Source: Haliotis rubra
Lineage: Eukaryota
Length of the DNA stretch: 64,000 nucleotides
Assembly (NCBI RefSeq): GCF_003918875.1
Contig: NW_025766270.1
Location: forward strand, 868,001 to 932,000
Direction: 5' to 3'
Made by a program: the position numbers and the translations under genes. Below, piece by piece: positions 1 through 12,340 of the stretch. Within the stretch, counting starts at the first letter, position 1. Each line of letters opens with the position of its first letter. The notes under the pieces are model-generated. The model was given only the letters and a program-made list of their open reading frames with translations. It did not search any database and was not told the DNA's origin.

Positions 1-693
1 TTGAATATTGTCATTAGCAGACAGGCAGGCAGACACACAGGTGTCAATAAAACAAGACATTGAGTTTTGTCTGTGACAGCGACATATCTATATCACAGTT
101 AGAAATTGTGTCAACGCTAAATAATGACATTGCTTTTAAGTATCGAACTGAGAAAGTGACTCGGTAAGAAGAACGTGTGGTGAAATAGACAAATGAAATT
201 ATATAAACAGTTTATTTACTGTCCTAACATATAAAAAAGCTCGCGCCTGTGAGATATCAACAAAACATTATGAAAATAGCTCACACCAAAGCCTTCACCG
301 AGTATTCACCAGACAGCCCGCTTCCTAGTTGCGCGAACCTATTTCACTGCGCACGTGCTATGAGCGCAGCCCAGCTGTTGAAACCCGTATTCCCCAGAAA
401 AGTCTGGGGAAAATTAGTGAAACGTTTGAACTCCGATTTCGCGCGTTTTTTTTCATCGCGTTATTTTTCAACTTTATAAGTTGAATTTGCATTTTTTGAC
501 GCTTTGTTTCGGTAAGACCATACCGAAAGGTATTAGAATCTGCAAAGTTGTGTTTTACGTTGCATGTGACCTTTAAGTACGACGTTAAACCCAATTTCAT
601 CTCACACCGCAAATGTTTCATATATGTGAGAGAAATGGAATCTTCAACTTTGTATCTAGGCGTAGTGAGTTTGAGTACTGCTTCACCGAGGGT

Positions 694-751
694 CTGGTGT
701 CCCCCGCCAGGCCGTGATATTGCTGGAATATTGCTAAAAGCAGCGTAAAAT
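694..751 (+). mobile_element. SINE family 1, 3' fragment
   Basis: CTGGTGTCCCC...GTGATATTGCTGGAATATTGCTAAAAGCAGCGTAAAA matches the other copies. Confidence 0.75.
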
Positions 752-1382
752 CAGTTCAATAACCCATAGCACCACAGAATGGGATGAGCGGAAGTGATGC
801 GGCCGGGACTGCTGAACACTAGCGGTGGAGTGGCCGCATCGCTGACGGCGAGAGATATTTTACGTCCGTTTCTTAGAGGGTTCATGCAAAATTTCATGGG
901 TATTTTGTTTGTAAACGTTTCAGATTTTTCATCTGTCTTAGAAGATACAAAATAAACCGCACCTCGCGTTTGTTACAAATGTACTGATTTGGGATCATTG
1001 ATGAAAGGTTGTTCAGACTTACACGTGAATGAGGTCTGTTCTCTGCACGTGGTCTCCCTGGCACGCTGTAAACGAATTCGTATTATACCGCCACGGTAAT
1101 GTTTCACTATAAGGTAACGCGATGGGTTTTGTTATTCATTGTATTTCTTGCATTTAGGTGGTTCTTAAGACTGATAAAACACCTCTCATTTTGGTTGAAA
1201 GTGTTGTTCCATATAGCTAGTGTAGACAGTTGTCAGTCCAAACCCGTATGGGTGTTCTGGCCTATGCATAACAAGTGAACACTACAGTCCGTCAATGTCA
1301 CATCTGGCACCAATTATTACGCTTAATTCGCTCGAGTATGTGTGTGTATGATGAAAATAAGTTATATGATATTTGTATCCTT

Positions 1383-1533
1383 GGGGCGGTGGGGTAGCCT
1401 AGTGGTCAATGCGTTCACTCTTTACGCTGAAGACCCGGGTTTGATTCCCCACATGGGTACAATGCGTGAAGCCCATTTCTGGTGTCCCCCGCAGTGATAT
1501 TGCTTAAGGCGGCGTAAAACTAAAGTCACTCAC
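1383..1533 (+). mobile_element. tRNA-derived SINE (family 1), full length
   Basis: A box TAGCCTAGTGG, B box GGTTTGATTCC, tail ...GCGGCGTAAAACTAAAGTCACTCAC; 13-bp TSD TATTTGTATCCTT at 1370-1382 and 1534-1546; many copies in the window. Confidence 0.9.
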
Positions 1534-2244
1534 TATTTGTATCCTTTGTCATAACTACAAAAATTATTTTTAGAGTTTTACCTCCAAAGTTAAAGGGTGT
1601 AACAGCAAATTATTGAATGTCTGTCAACTGTGATGTTGCTAAAAGCGGCCTAAAACCATACTCACTTGCTCATTGTTATCAGGTGCATATTGAGCACCAC
1701 TGATCATATGGACAGAACTGAAGTTATTATCTATAACAAAGAGACACCTCACTTGGATGATTGACTACTGTCTATACCTTTTGTCCATATAAGGACGGGT
1801 ATATTATGTTGTCGGTAAAATTTGATTTTTTCGGATAGTGTATTTTCTTTTTCAAAAGCATCTGATCTTTATACAATTGCTTGTCGAACGTAGCTTAATC
1901 CTAAGATAGCGAACTTTATGAAATGTTCAGTGGGAAGTATGTATTTGTCATTTATGTGTGGTAAAAAACAATATTTATGGATAAACAATCACAATAAAGC
2001 TTTGCCCAGAAGAACCCATATTATGGCAACCTGGACAGAATCATATCAATATATACCAAGACGATTCAACCTTCACATTAATACAGAACTGCTGCAAACA
2101 ACGTAAAACTGAAACACGGGAATCCTTGAGCCCGGGCGGCTGCACGAAAGAACGGGAGTTCACGGCCTTACTTAAGATGTCTTAATCCAGGGCTAAGCTT
2201 ATAGTCGCTTGTCATGATCCACCAGTCTCCTGTTATAATTTTTC

Positions 2245-2389
2245 CCGGGGCGTAGCTACCATTATTAAAAAAAGCCCGGGCTTACACATAATTGTTGCTA
2301 AAAAGGTTGGGCGAGCCCTCAATACTATCTAAATATATAGCTTTCCAACATATCGGGCTTACACGAAAAATTGGCTTGCTACGCGCCTG
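2245..2389. mobile_element. ~145-bp MITE (second copy, inverted, at 14816-14958)
   Basis: TIR C(A/C)GGGGCGTAGC / GCTACGCGCCTG; whole length matches the reverse complement of 14816-14958; 5-bp flanks TTTTC/TCTTC. Confidence 0.75.
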
Positions 2390-2416
2390 TCTTCTAATCC
2401 ATATTCCGGGCCGCTG

Positions 2417-2422
2417 TATAAG
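2417..2422 (+). promoter_or_regulatory. possible TATA box of the GM2A-like gene
   Basis: TATAAG about 95 bp upstream of ATG 2512; position only. Confidence 0.3.
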
Positions 2423-2511
2423 ACGTAGTGGTGGAAGTGAGGTATGCTGTATCAGGAGCAGGAGCCGCGCCAGAGATAAGATATAGTTGACGCACCCCAC
2501 TGTTCCACGCA

Positions 2512-4751
2512 ATGTCAGCAATGGCGGGTCTCCTGTGTCTAATGCTATGGTTCGGGGTGTGTGCTGCGGCTGATCTCACAAAGCTGGAATGGTCTGACTG
2601 CGGTATGTGTACTTCCTAATTGTCATGACAAAATGTCCTGTGTTAATGAATTAGCAGATGTTTGTTCCCAGCGAAATTAACCTTGAAACTGAGCAACGTG
2701 GCTTATCTGGTTGTGTTTTCTTGAGATCTTGAAGGACACCACTAGCAGGAGTGACGTTTGGTTCTAACATGTTTAGCTAGAAACTAGTTTCAGAGCATTC
2801 GGACATATACTCTCCCAAAAAAGAAACGCATCTGGGAATTTCAACTGTATTTTTATGTTTATTTTGAAACATCTTGTAGGCTTTATGAGTCAATGAAATA
2901 TAGCGAAATTGCACACTGGGAATGCAGACTTAACCGTCTTTGGCACCAACTCGAGGAAAGTCAGTTTGAGTGTCACATGGAGACGTGTGGTGGCGCTGAA
3001 ATCAATACCTCGTGTGACCACCGTGGGCATCCAGAACTGCACGGCATCGCCTCGGCATCGAACGAATAAGACTCAGAATCTCGCGTTGCCCAATCGCAGC
3101 CCACTCTGCCTGTAGTGCCTGTGCGAGTTGCTGAAGTGTCTGGGGCTGAGGGTTACGGCGTCGCACCCGTCTGTCCAGGGCATCCCACAGATGTTCGATC
3201 GGGTTTAAGTCCGGTGATCTTGAGGGCCAGGGGAGCACATTGATGTTGTGGTTCTGGAGGAAGTCTCTAGTGTGACGTGCTGTGTGGGGCCTGGCATTGT
3301 CCTGTTGAAACAACTCCCTCTGGCGATCAATGATTGGAAGGAGGTGTGGGCGTAGGATTTCGTCACAGTACCGTTGAGCTGTCAGGTTTCCCTGTATCAT
3401 CACCAAATCACTTCTCCTACGGCAGGTGATCTCTCCCCACATCATAACACTTACCCGGCCGACTCTGTCCACCTGGGGAACGCAAGCGTCGACGAAACGT
3501 TCACGTCGACGTCTGTACACCCGCATTCTTCCATCGCGTCGTTCCAATAGAAATCGTGATTCATCACTGAACCAGATTCTACGCCAATTCGGTAGGTTCC
3601 AGGCCTGAACGTTGGTGCACCATTGAACTCGATGTCGACGATGTTGTTGTAGAAGCACAGGGCCAAAATAAGGTCTTCTGGCACGTAAACCAGCCTCTCT
3701 CAACCTATTCCTGACGGTCTGTGCAGAAAGCCTCCTCAATCCGGGTATTTGTCGAGCGGTACTGGTCGCCGTAGCTGTTCGATGACGCAGGTGATGTACC
3801 CGGATGTAGCGATCCTGCGCCGCAGTGGTCGCTCGAGGTTCGCCCACTACGAGGGGGCATCTGCTACCGCATTCTGCCGGCGATATCTCTCCCAGAGCCG
3901 TGAAATGGTGCTTTGGTGAACATTCATGCGTCGGGCAACTGCACGTTGAGACTGGCCAGCCTCAAACAAACCAATGGCGATATGACGGTTGGCTTCACTT
4001 AGACGTGGCATTGTGCGTTCGTCAACAATATTCCAAATACAGTGAATAATCGACAGACAGCGATCAACCTTTTATACACATCATTGAGACTATCTGATCC
4101 CAAACTTTCACGTGCATTGCATGTAAATTGTGTATTCTGTGACACTACACGCCGAAATTGAAAATCATGCTGTTAAATACGGGTATTTTACGGATGGTGC
4201 GTTTTGTTGTGATGTTTCAAAACATAAACACCATAGGACTCATAAACAGAACAAAACATTTTGTAAAATGAATCACGTTTTAATTCATTGCTACATGAAA
4301 TTGCTATTTTCATGATGCGTTTCTTTTTTGGGAGAGTATATTATCACATTCCAACAGAACGAAATGTTTGTTGCTAAAATTATTTTTCATTGCTTACCTT
4401 GGTCTTTTTTTTCCTTCTATTTTTCTTACTTTTTTTCATGATTCTCCAAAAACATTCTTTACATGTTTAGTATACAAATTATACAATTACCTTTAATACC
4501 TATTTTTACATAAGGTGACTGTACGGCCAGTCTTCACCATAGTAACTGTGTTGTTACTAATGTGTACTGATATGGCTGTAAGTCTTCCATACAGTAACTA
4601 TATCCCAGTATTCTCAAGTATGACATGCATTAAACACAAAGATTTGGCAATCCATCTTACTTTATCATCAACATGAATGTTTAACATATTCTGCATATTT
4701 GGGCCATGTTTGAACCACATCTCTGGAGTGTGATGGCTTGTATGTGGGAAA

Positions 4752-4782
<31 letters not shown>

Positions 4783-5581
4783 CGTAAAAACAAATGGTGT
4801 AAACCTTGGTCTAATGGAAGTCCTATGTAGTCACTGGTGCTCGTGACAGAGTTGACTGAATGTGCAGCATGGACAGACACAAGGAGGTAACGCTAATGAA
4901 AATGTTATGAGGTTTTGTAGGCTTTTGGGGAAACCAGGAAGGAACAAAGACACAAAATGTATTTACATTTTTCCATCTACACTGTATTTGCATCCGTTTG
5001 ATTAAAAATGGCACACACCTACTTTGGATCCCAAACAGCTTCATTAGCTCATGTAAACAATGAAGAGTAAGTGAGTGAAGGTTTTATATCACACTTATGC
5101 TAAGACCACGATATGGCTGGATATTGGCATCTCTTGGGAAAAATCGATTTCTTTACACACAAATTATCAAGTTAATTAATCTAATTATGCGCTGATTTTT
5201 ATCAACTTTTGATATTTTATATTGTCATCGCATGTCGATGAATTACAAAACGAAAGTAGGGCTCATTGACATGCTCAACCTAATAGTCCTGTCTACAACA
5301 GAGCTGGTACGTGTGACCCTAATATTGAACTTCAGGATCCGCTTCTGGCCTCACCATCCACAAAATCGACATCACCCCAATGCCCATCGTTGCCCCCGGT
5401 GACATGCGCCTCACCATCAACGCGTCGACGACGAGGAAGCAGTTGAACCAGATGAAGTTGTCGGTGCACATGAAGAGGGATACTTTCCTTCTCAACATCC
5501 CAATACCCTGTCTGTTTCATGTCGGATCATGGTGAGAAATCCAAACAATACCAGGTGTACACACACGCCTCAACATGCTTC

Positions 5582-5624
<43 letters not shown>

Positions 5625-8600
5625 GTAAAGATCCGGGTTGCAATTGGTCGTCTGCAACCCATGCTTGTCGTAAGAGACGACTAACGGGATCGGGTGGTCA
5701 GAATCTCTGCCTTGGTCGACACATGTCATCGTATGTCAATTGTTCAGATTGATGTATCATGCTGCTGATCACTGAATTGTCTGGTCCATCACTGAATTGT
5801 CGATTATTTTCAGACCGCCGCGATATAGCTGGAATATTGCTGAGTGCGGCGTAAAACTAAACTCACTCACTCACTTGCTAAATACGTAATTAGTAATACC
5901 TCGGTTCTGTAGCTCACTCGTGTATTCGGTCAACAGTGAAAAGTACCACCCAGTAATACATCAAAAATTTCAGTCAGGAGAGCTTAAAACTGAAAATTGC
6001 AGCCTTACTAGCCACATAAAGAAACTGTGCATTGTCAAAATATTATCCCAGTTGATAAGTACGATAACAATGTCAAAGGTACATATAAACTTGAGACCAT
6101 AACAAGTCGGGAGAATTTCAATTGAAAAGTCAATCACAATGACGTCACGAGTCCACAAGCGGGACAGGGGTCAAACGACCATGTCACAAGCTCAATAAAT
6201 GGTATGTCCACCATCGGCATTGAGAACAGCAGTGCATCGACGACGCATAGAGCCTATCAAACGTGCAAGGAAGGCTTGTGGGATGTCACGCCAGGTCCTC
6301 TCAAGTTCTGTTGCAAGGTCAAGGACGTTATCTGGCGGATGAGGAAGACGGCGTAGACGTCTATCCATCTCGTCCCAAACATGCTTTATCGGGGAGAGAT
6401 CCGGTGAATTTGCAGGCCAAGGCAGTAAGTCAACGTTGTGGTGTTGCAAGAAATCCATAGCAACCCTTGCCGTATGAGGGCGGGCATTGTCCTGTTGGAA
6501 TGTTAACCCAGGGCCATGACGTTGCAGAAAAGGAATTGCCACAGGTCGAAAAATCTGACCCCTGTAGCCCACACCAGTTAAGTTGCCCTGAACAATCACC
6601 AAAGGAGTTCTTTGGCGTGCTGTTATTACACCCCAAATCATCACGGAACCACCACCAAAGCGATTCCTCTCCAAGACACAAGCCTGTGCATAACGTTCTC
6701 CCACGCGTCTATAGGCGTTGACGTCCATCACTATGGGAAATGTTAAACCTGGACTCATCTGTAAAAACAACATTTCTCCACCAAAACAAGGGTCTGCGGA
6801 CATGATTTCGGCACCACATTCGGTGAGCTTGTCGATGAAGTTGTGTCAGGATAGGCCGTATGGCGGGACGTCGTGGTCTGATCCCGTGATGACGTAAACG
6901 TTGTCGAACTGTGTTGGGGTGGATACGGCGAAGTCCTTGGATGGTTCGGGCAGTCATCACTGCAGTCTGAAACCTGTGGCGAAGATGGGTCACCCTTATC
7001 CATCTGTCCTGTCTTGGCGTTGTTACACGTGGACGTCCAGAACGTGGCCGATCGATGACGTCATTTGTGTTCTGGTAGCGTCTCACCAGTGAAGAAATGG
7101 TGTTCCGGTGGCAGTGGAAATGTGCAGTCACTTGTCGTTGAGACATTCCCCCACGGACCATCCCAATGGCCTCATGACGTTGTGCAGACGTGAGCCTTGG
7201 CATGCTATGCGTTTTAATAGCCGTTTAATTTTTTGAACGATCGCAAGGGCAGTGGTTGAGCTTTCCAAAGTGACAGTATTGTGTGGCATTCATTTGCTGT
7301 TTCTCTTTCCCGGAATGCACGTGCAACGACGTATTGCACGTCTTAAGGACGAACCCACTGACGTCACGGAAGGTGACACGTGCATGTATGCTGGATACAT
7401 GTCACTAATCTCTGAGTTTAAATCCTTATGTGTCTACACAGGTTTGATAAATTTAGATTTTAAATGTTTGTTTGCACAGTTTCTTTATGTGCCTAGTATA
7501 TTTACTCCAAACGCTAATCCAGTGACTTTTTCTAAAAAGGAAAAAAAAGTTGAAAAGAAATGACGAAATTCCATTATAAACCATACCCTTCAATGTTCCT
7601 TCCTCCAACCAGCACCTACGACGACACATGCACGCTCCTGGCGACGATGCAGAAGGAGAACTGGGCCGGCATCATGGGCGACGTCGGGCGTCAGATCCAA
7701 CAGATGTTGGCCTCGGTGGGGATCACGACGTATTGTCCTGCTGTAGTGCAAAACATCGTCCTCCAGGACTACGTGCTGAAGATGCCGGCCGTTCCCTCAG
7801 TGTTGTCGTGGTTTGCCGAGGTGAGTGTCACCTCCGTGTTGTCACATCCGTGGTGAGTGTCACCTCTTTGTTGTCTTGGTTTGCCGAGGTGAGCTGAGTG
7901 TCCCCTCCGTGTTGTCGTGGTTTGCCGAGGTGAGCTGAGTGTCCCCTCCGTGTTGTCGTGGTTTGCCGAGGTGAGCTGAGTGTCACCTCCGTGTTGTCTT
8001 GGTTTGCCGAGGTGAGCTGAGTGTCACCTCCGTGTTGTCATGGTTTGCCGAGGTGAGCTGAGTGTCACCTCCGTGTTGTCTTGGTTTGCCGAGGTGAGCT
8101 AAGTGTCCCCTCCGTGTTGTCGTGGTTTGCCGATGTGAGCTGAGTGTCCCATCCGTGTATCACACTTTATCTTACCTTCATGTAAAATACTTTAATTTCA
8201 TTGGTCAATGACGGTTTAACAAGTTTCTGTGTCACCCTCCCACGAGGGTGACAACTGGAAAAAATATTACCTCCCAGGAGGGTGACAACTGGAAAAAATA
8301 TTACCCGCTGCCACGGCAACCGCCAAGCTCTCCGCCGAGAAGCTGAAGCGCTAACAATCGTATGACGTCATAATATGACGCATGCCGTGCCCGGAGTTCG
8401 AAAACCGTTCGATCAGGTGTTTTTGTGTTTACTTTGTACAGATTTATTTTACCGACTTTAACTGCTTTATTTAAGCTATTTTATACATTGAGTGGTTTGC
8501 ACACTCAACTTAAACATAATTAACCATTTCTATAGCAGTTTTATGTTTGTCAGAATATGTTTCACTGATGTTAAAAATCCAGTCGAGAGGCAGACGCCAT

Positions 8601-10519
8601 TTTCTTTGCATGTCATATAATCGTAGCGATCTTTAACATAAAATAATATGATATTTTGTACATTTAACATGGCGGTAAGATAAATACGTTGTATGCTTCT
8701 CCCTCGGGTAATTCGGTTTGATGTACGCTTGTTTGTAGCAGTGTCACCTGAGCCGGTAGGCATACAACTTATAGTAACTTCCACAACATCCAGTTCTCCT
8801 GATTGCATTCAGATCGCTTTGAGCTTAATGAATTCTTGCGGCGTCAGGCACTTCTTTGTACAAATTCTGTGAAATGCGTGTGCTTCCGGTAGTGAAAGAC
8901 ATCCTTTTCGTGAACACCTGGTGTCATCGCTGATTTCCAGTGATCCATTCATAGAAGTTTGTAGCTATTATTTCAGTCTGCATCAAATGGAGTTTGTTTG
9001 TAAGGATAGTCTAGACTGGTACTGTTTCACACTGAAGGTCTATGTTCTTATATTCATCAACAAACACGGAAAGGTATTTTAGAAAACGCTTTCTGTTTGC
9101 AACATGAGGAAGGCGATTTCCTCAGTAATGCATCATCCTTGTTTTAGACTGACTGTTAGAATGAGTTAAGTCAATGCGAATCCGTCTTTCGTGGTATAGA
9201 TGAGCCTACCTTATTCAACCTCAGAGTGGGTTTAGCCTGCAATAACCATCAGGCCATACACATTGTTATTATACATATAGTGTCGTACTAAGTAATGCTA
9301 GCTTGGACTCGGTGATAGGGAGAGCGGTCAAACCAAGATTTCATGCATCGGTATAAATAAAAAGTATATCAAACAAGTGTTTAAGTGGGCTATAGTTACA
9401 TACAATGTTTTTAATGAACATGGGTAGATATCTCTGGTTGATGGGGCGTGAATTGCCAACTGGAACTAAAACCTTTAAACTCGGAACTTCTTCAGCCACA
9501 TATTGAACTGATGCTGTGGCTTGATGTTGGAAAATATACATCTGTTTGCTATTGGTACGTCTGTCGTCTATTATTGGTGATAGCTCGATGGCCCGATGAT
9601 CCCCTTCATTCAAGTTCGGTTCGTAAAAAAAGCATGGCTGGGTCACAAAAAGCACTATTCTTCTTGGGACCAGATAATTCAGTCACGTTGATTCCCTTTC
9701 ACCTTTTCTTCTTCTGGAGGATATGTGGATCGGGTGGTCAGGGTACCTGGTTGATTGTGTGCTATCGTATAGCTCAGTATATCAATCACTGGTTTGTTCG
9801 TTGTCGACTACCTACAGTCTGTCGTCATAATACAGTGTTATTGTTGTGTTAAACAACAAACAAACGAACGACAACAAGACTGATCCTACCTTGCTTGTTT
9901 GGCGCAATCATACCACGCCTTGTTTTGGAGAGGGAGTATTTGGACTCTGCCATTTGCATAGCTGACATTGTCTCCGTGGAATTAGTTCATCCTATAGTTT
10001 CTAATACATCTTGAAATTTGCAAGCAAGACAAGTGTTAGCAGACATAAAGTTTGAATCGAATGTCTGGGGCTGTTACTTCCCTTGTGGTCCATGGTTCCA
10101 CTTACCCGTGAAGGTCCGGGTTAGAATATTGATCTTCAGCAACCCATGCTTGTTGTAAGAGGCGACTAACGGGATCGGATGGTCAGGCTCGCTGACTTGG
10201 TTGACACTTGTCGTCGGTTCCCAATTGTGCAGATCGATGCTCATGCTGTTGATCACTGGATCGTCTGGTCCAGACTATTATTTACAGACCGCCGCCATAT
10301 AGCTGGAATATTGTTGAGTGCGGGGTAAAACTAAACTCACTCACTCATGGTTTCACCTTCTCTCCTGTACAGGGCAACTACGAGGCGACTGCCACAGCCG
10401 TGGACACAGCGACTGGGGAACAGATGTTGTGTCTCAACCTCAAGTTGACGGTGAAGGAGAAGAAGGAGCCGTGCACGGGGTGGCTGTGCGGACGTCGGCG
10501 CCGTCACAGTCAGCACTAG
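2512..10519 (+). CDS. GM2A: GM2 ganglioside activator-like secreted ML-domain lipid-binding protein, 4 exons (2512-2602, 5336-5531, 7613-7820, 10373-10519), 213 aa
   Basis: Hand-spliced with GT-AG sites and matching phases (1,2,0). Signal peptide MSAMAGLLCLMLWFGVCAAA, then LEWSDCG...IDITPMPIVAPG...IPCLFHVGSCTYDDTC...LKMPAVPSVLSWFAEGNYEAT...MLCLNLKLTV. This is the GM2A/ML-domain pattern (WxxC, PxPxxxPG, PCxxxxGSCTYxDxC, GxY). One-to-one orthology is not established. Confidence 0.85.
2808..4338 (-). mobile_element. Tc1/mariner (DD34E) transposon in GM2A-like intron 1
   Basis: Perfect TIRs TACTCTCCCAAAAAAGAAACGCATC at both ends, TA flanks, internal transposase. Confidence 0.95.
3002..4011 (-). 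pseudogene. Tc1 transposase, frameshifted near 3840-3860
   Basis: MPRLSEANRHIAIG... paired-like HTH from ATG 4011; two +1 bases in the (A)PRSGRPR linker; catalytic WFSDESRF, QQDNARPH, SPDLNPIE with 34 residues between D and E. Confidence 0.9.
5584..5622. repeat. (AC)n microsatellite
   Basis: Direct. Confidence 0.95.
5622..5875 (+). mobile_element. SINE-like element family 2
   Basis: CCGT(G)AAGATCCGGGTT...CAACCCATGCTTGTCGTAAGAG...GCTGGAATATTGCTGAGTGCGGCGTAAAACTAAACTCACTCACTCAC; homologous to 10105-10347 and shares its 3' tail with family 1. Confidence 0.85.
6006..7498 (-). mobile_element. Tc1/mariner transposon in GM2A-like intron 2
   Basis: TIRs TACTAG(C/G)CACATAAAGAAACTGTGCA at 6006-6031 and 7473-7498; transposase inside. 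Confidence 0.92.
6192..7203 (-). pseudogene. Tc1 transposase, frameshifted near 6715 and catalytic E changed to K
   Basis: ORFs 6709-7203 (HTH, RSGRPR, FTDESRF) and 6192-6803 (QQDNARPH...SPDLSPIK). Confidence 0.9.
7800..8158. repeat. 41-bp minisatellite derived from the GM2A-like exon 3 end plus its splice donor
   Basis: Unit GTGTTGTCGTGGTTTGCCGAGGTGAGCTGAGTGTCCCCTCC, about 8 copies. Confidence 0.92.
10105..10347 (+). mobile_element. SINE-like family 2 copy just upstream of the exon 4 acceptor
   Basis: Homology to 5622-5875; approximate TSD CATGGTTCCACTT / CATGGTTTCACCTT. Confidence 0.85.
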
Positions 10520-10737
10520 ATGTACGATGTCTACAACGTCAACATCGCCATCGCAAGACCAGCACATTCGTCAACATCCGTCACTTTCCGTTGTCTCTAA
10601 AGGATGGTACGAGTTGTCACACGTTACTAAATTTGATAACGTATTTATCACATCAGCTATTTCTTTTGTATTAATTAGTGTATTCACTGCGTGCCATAAA
10701 ACCGTTGGTTTTAAATGAAAGATCGGCATATAGAAAC

Positions 10738-10796
10738 AGTGAGTGAGTGAGTTTAGTGTTACGCCGCACTCAGCAATATTCCAGCTATATGGCGGG
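10738..10796 (-). mobile_element. SINE family 2, 3' fragment
   Basis: Reverse complement of the shared SINE tail. Confidence 0.75.
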
Positions 10797-11626
10797 CATA
10801 TATACTGGACAAAATAAGTTAGGGATATTGGTATTTTTATGATTTGACTCTCTGGAACCGCCAGTGTAGTCAGAACTCTGGTGATTAGTAGGCGTTTTTT
10901 GAAAAATATCATTTCATCTCGGTTTCACCCAAATATTTCCCTGATTTCTTGACGTTCTAAGAGAACACTACAAAGAACATGAGAAATGTGTTCACTTCTT
11001 TGAAATTACTGATCTCTCCATCATGACACCAAGTCCCATGTCAGCAAAACGTCTGTGATATTTTGTCTGTAACATTTCTGCAGATGTAAAATTATTTCCT
11101 ATTATTTCTGGGTGTGTGAACAAGGCTTCGCTGCAGTGTGTGAATCCACAGACGCCCATGTACGTCTCCTGAGGTTACACGTTATCCTCTCTGGATTCGT
11201 ACAGGTTTACATCAACGTAGCATCGGCGAACTCACAAGGTATTATATAGAGGTATATAGAGATATAAGGTATATAGAGAGTATTTCCGTTAAATCACGGT
11301 GTCGGTGGAAAGGCAACTTCAGTGACTTCAAACCCCACATTCAGTAGGCGGATCCATTGAAACTCTCGTGAAAACGGGTGAAAATGAAGTGTGACGCGCA
11401 TGCACGCACGCACGCACACACATACACACACCCCTACCTCCTTCTCAAGAGAGGGCTCCCCATTTATCTAAAAGCTGTATCCGCCCTTGCATTCTATTGT
11501 TGCACACTGTCACAACACAGTGATTCTCTACTGATGGCACAGTATAATTCCTCTTCGGACGTCAATGGACCCTAGCCTTCCCTAATGCCGTCCCATCTTG
11601 TCCTGGGGGATGAAAGCCTGGACTCT

Positions 11627-11787
11627 AGTGAGTGAGTGAGTGAGTTTAGTTTTAGTTTTAGCAATATTCCAGCAATATCGGCAGGGGAACCAGAATGGGC
11701 TTCACACATTGTAGTCATGTGGGGAATCGAACCCGGGTCTTCGGCGTGGCAAGCAAACGCTTTAACCACTAAGCTACCCCACCGTCC
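11627..11787 (-). mobile_element. tRNA-derived SINE family 1
   Basis: Reverse-complement A/B boxes and (GAGT)n tail. Confidence 0.88.
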
Positions 11788-12340
11788 TGCTAAGTCAAGG
11801 AAAGAAGGGTTGGACAAACGTGACTCCTTACTGTCCAGGTCACATTTATGTACTGGCGCTCAGTCATACAATCATTAACGCAACACCACTTTGAACCGTT
11901 TTTTCACCATTGTTGGAACTACATGTAATACGATATATATTACGCAAATAAGAGGATTTGTCTGTCTATCTGTTTTCTTAACACACACACTTGCCGACTA
12001 GATTTTAAAACTCTAAGAGCAGAAGAAAAATATGTTCCTATAATCACATGAAAGTTTCTCATCAATACGCTGATCTAATTCTGAGTTATCCACTGAATAT
12101 ATTCTTCATCTAATTTACTTACCTGTAATTTCTCTTTCAGTCATATTTTTGTAAAAGAAAAAAGGGAAGAGATGAAATAAACACATCATACCTATAGAAA
12201 TCAGTCAATTCACTGAAGCATTAGCGCAGCAAACCCCGGGAACCAGGCTGCAGTTGCTGCGGTACGTCATAAATCTGGGCATTGTTCAGTGAAGCGTCAG
12301 TAAAATCCCTTTGTTTCATGGCCACGATACAGTTGATTGT

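Noticed and set aside
1383-1460. tRNA gene
   Set aside because: tRNA-like head of a SINE with body, tail and TSD; many diverged copies
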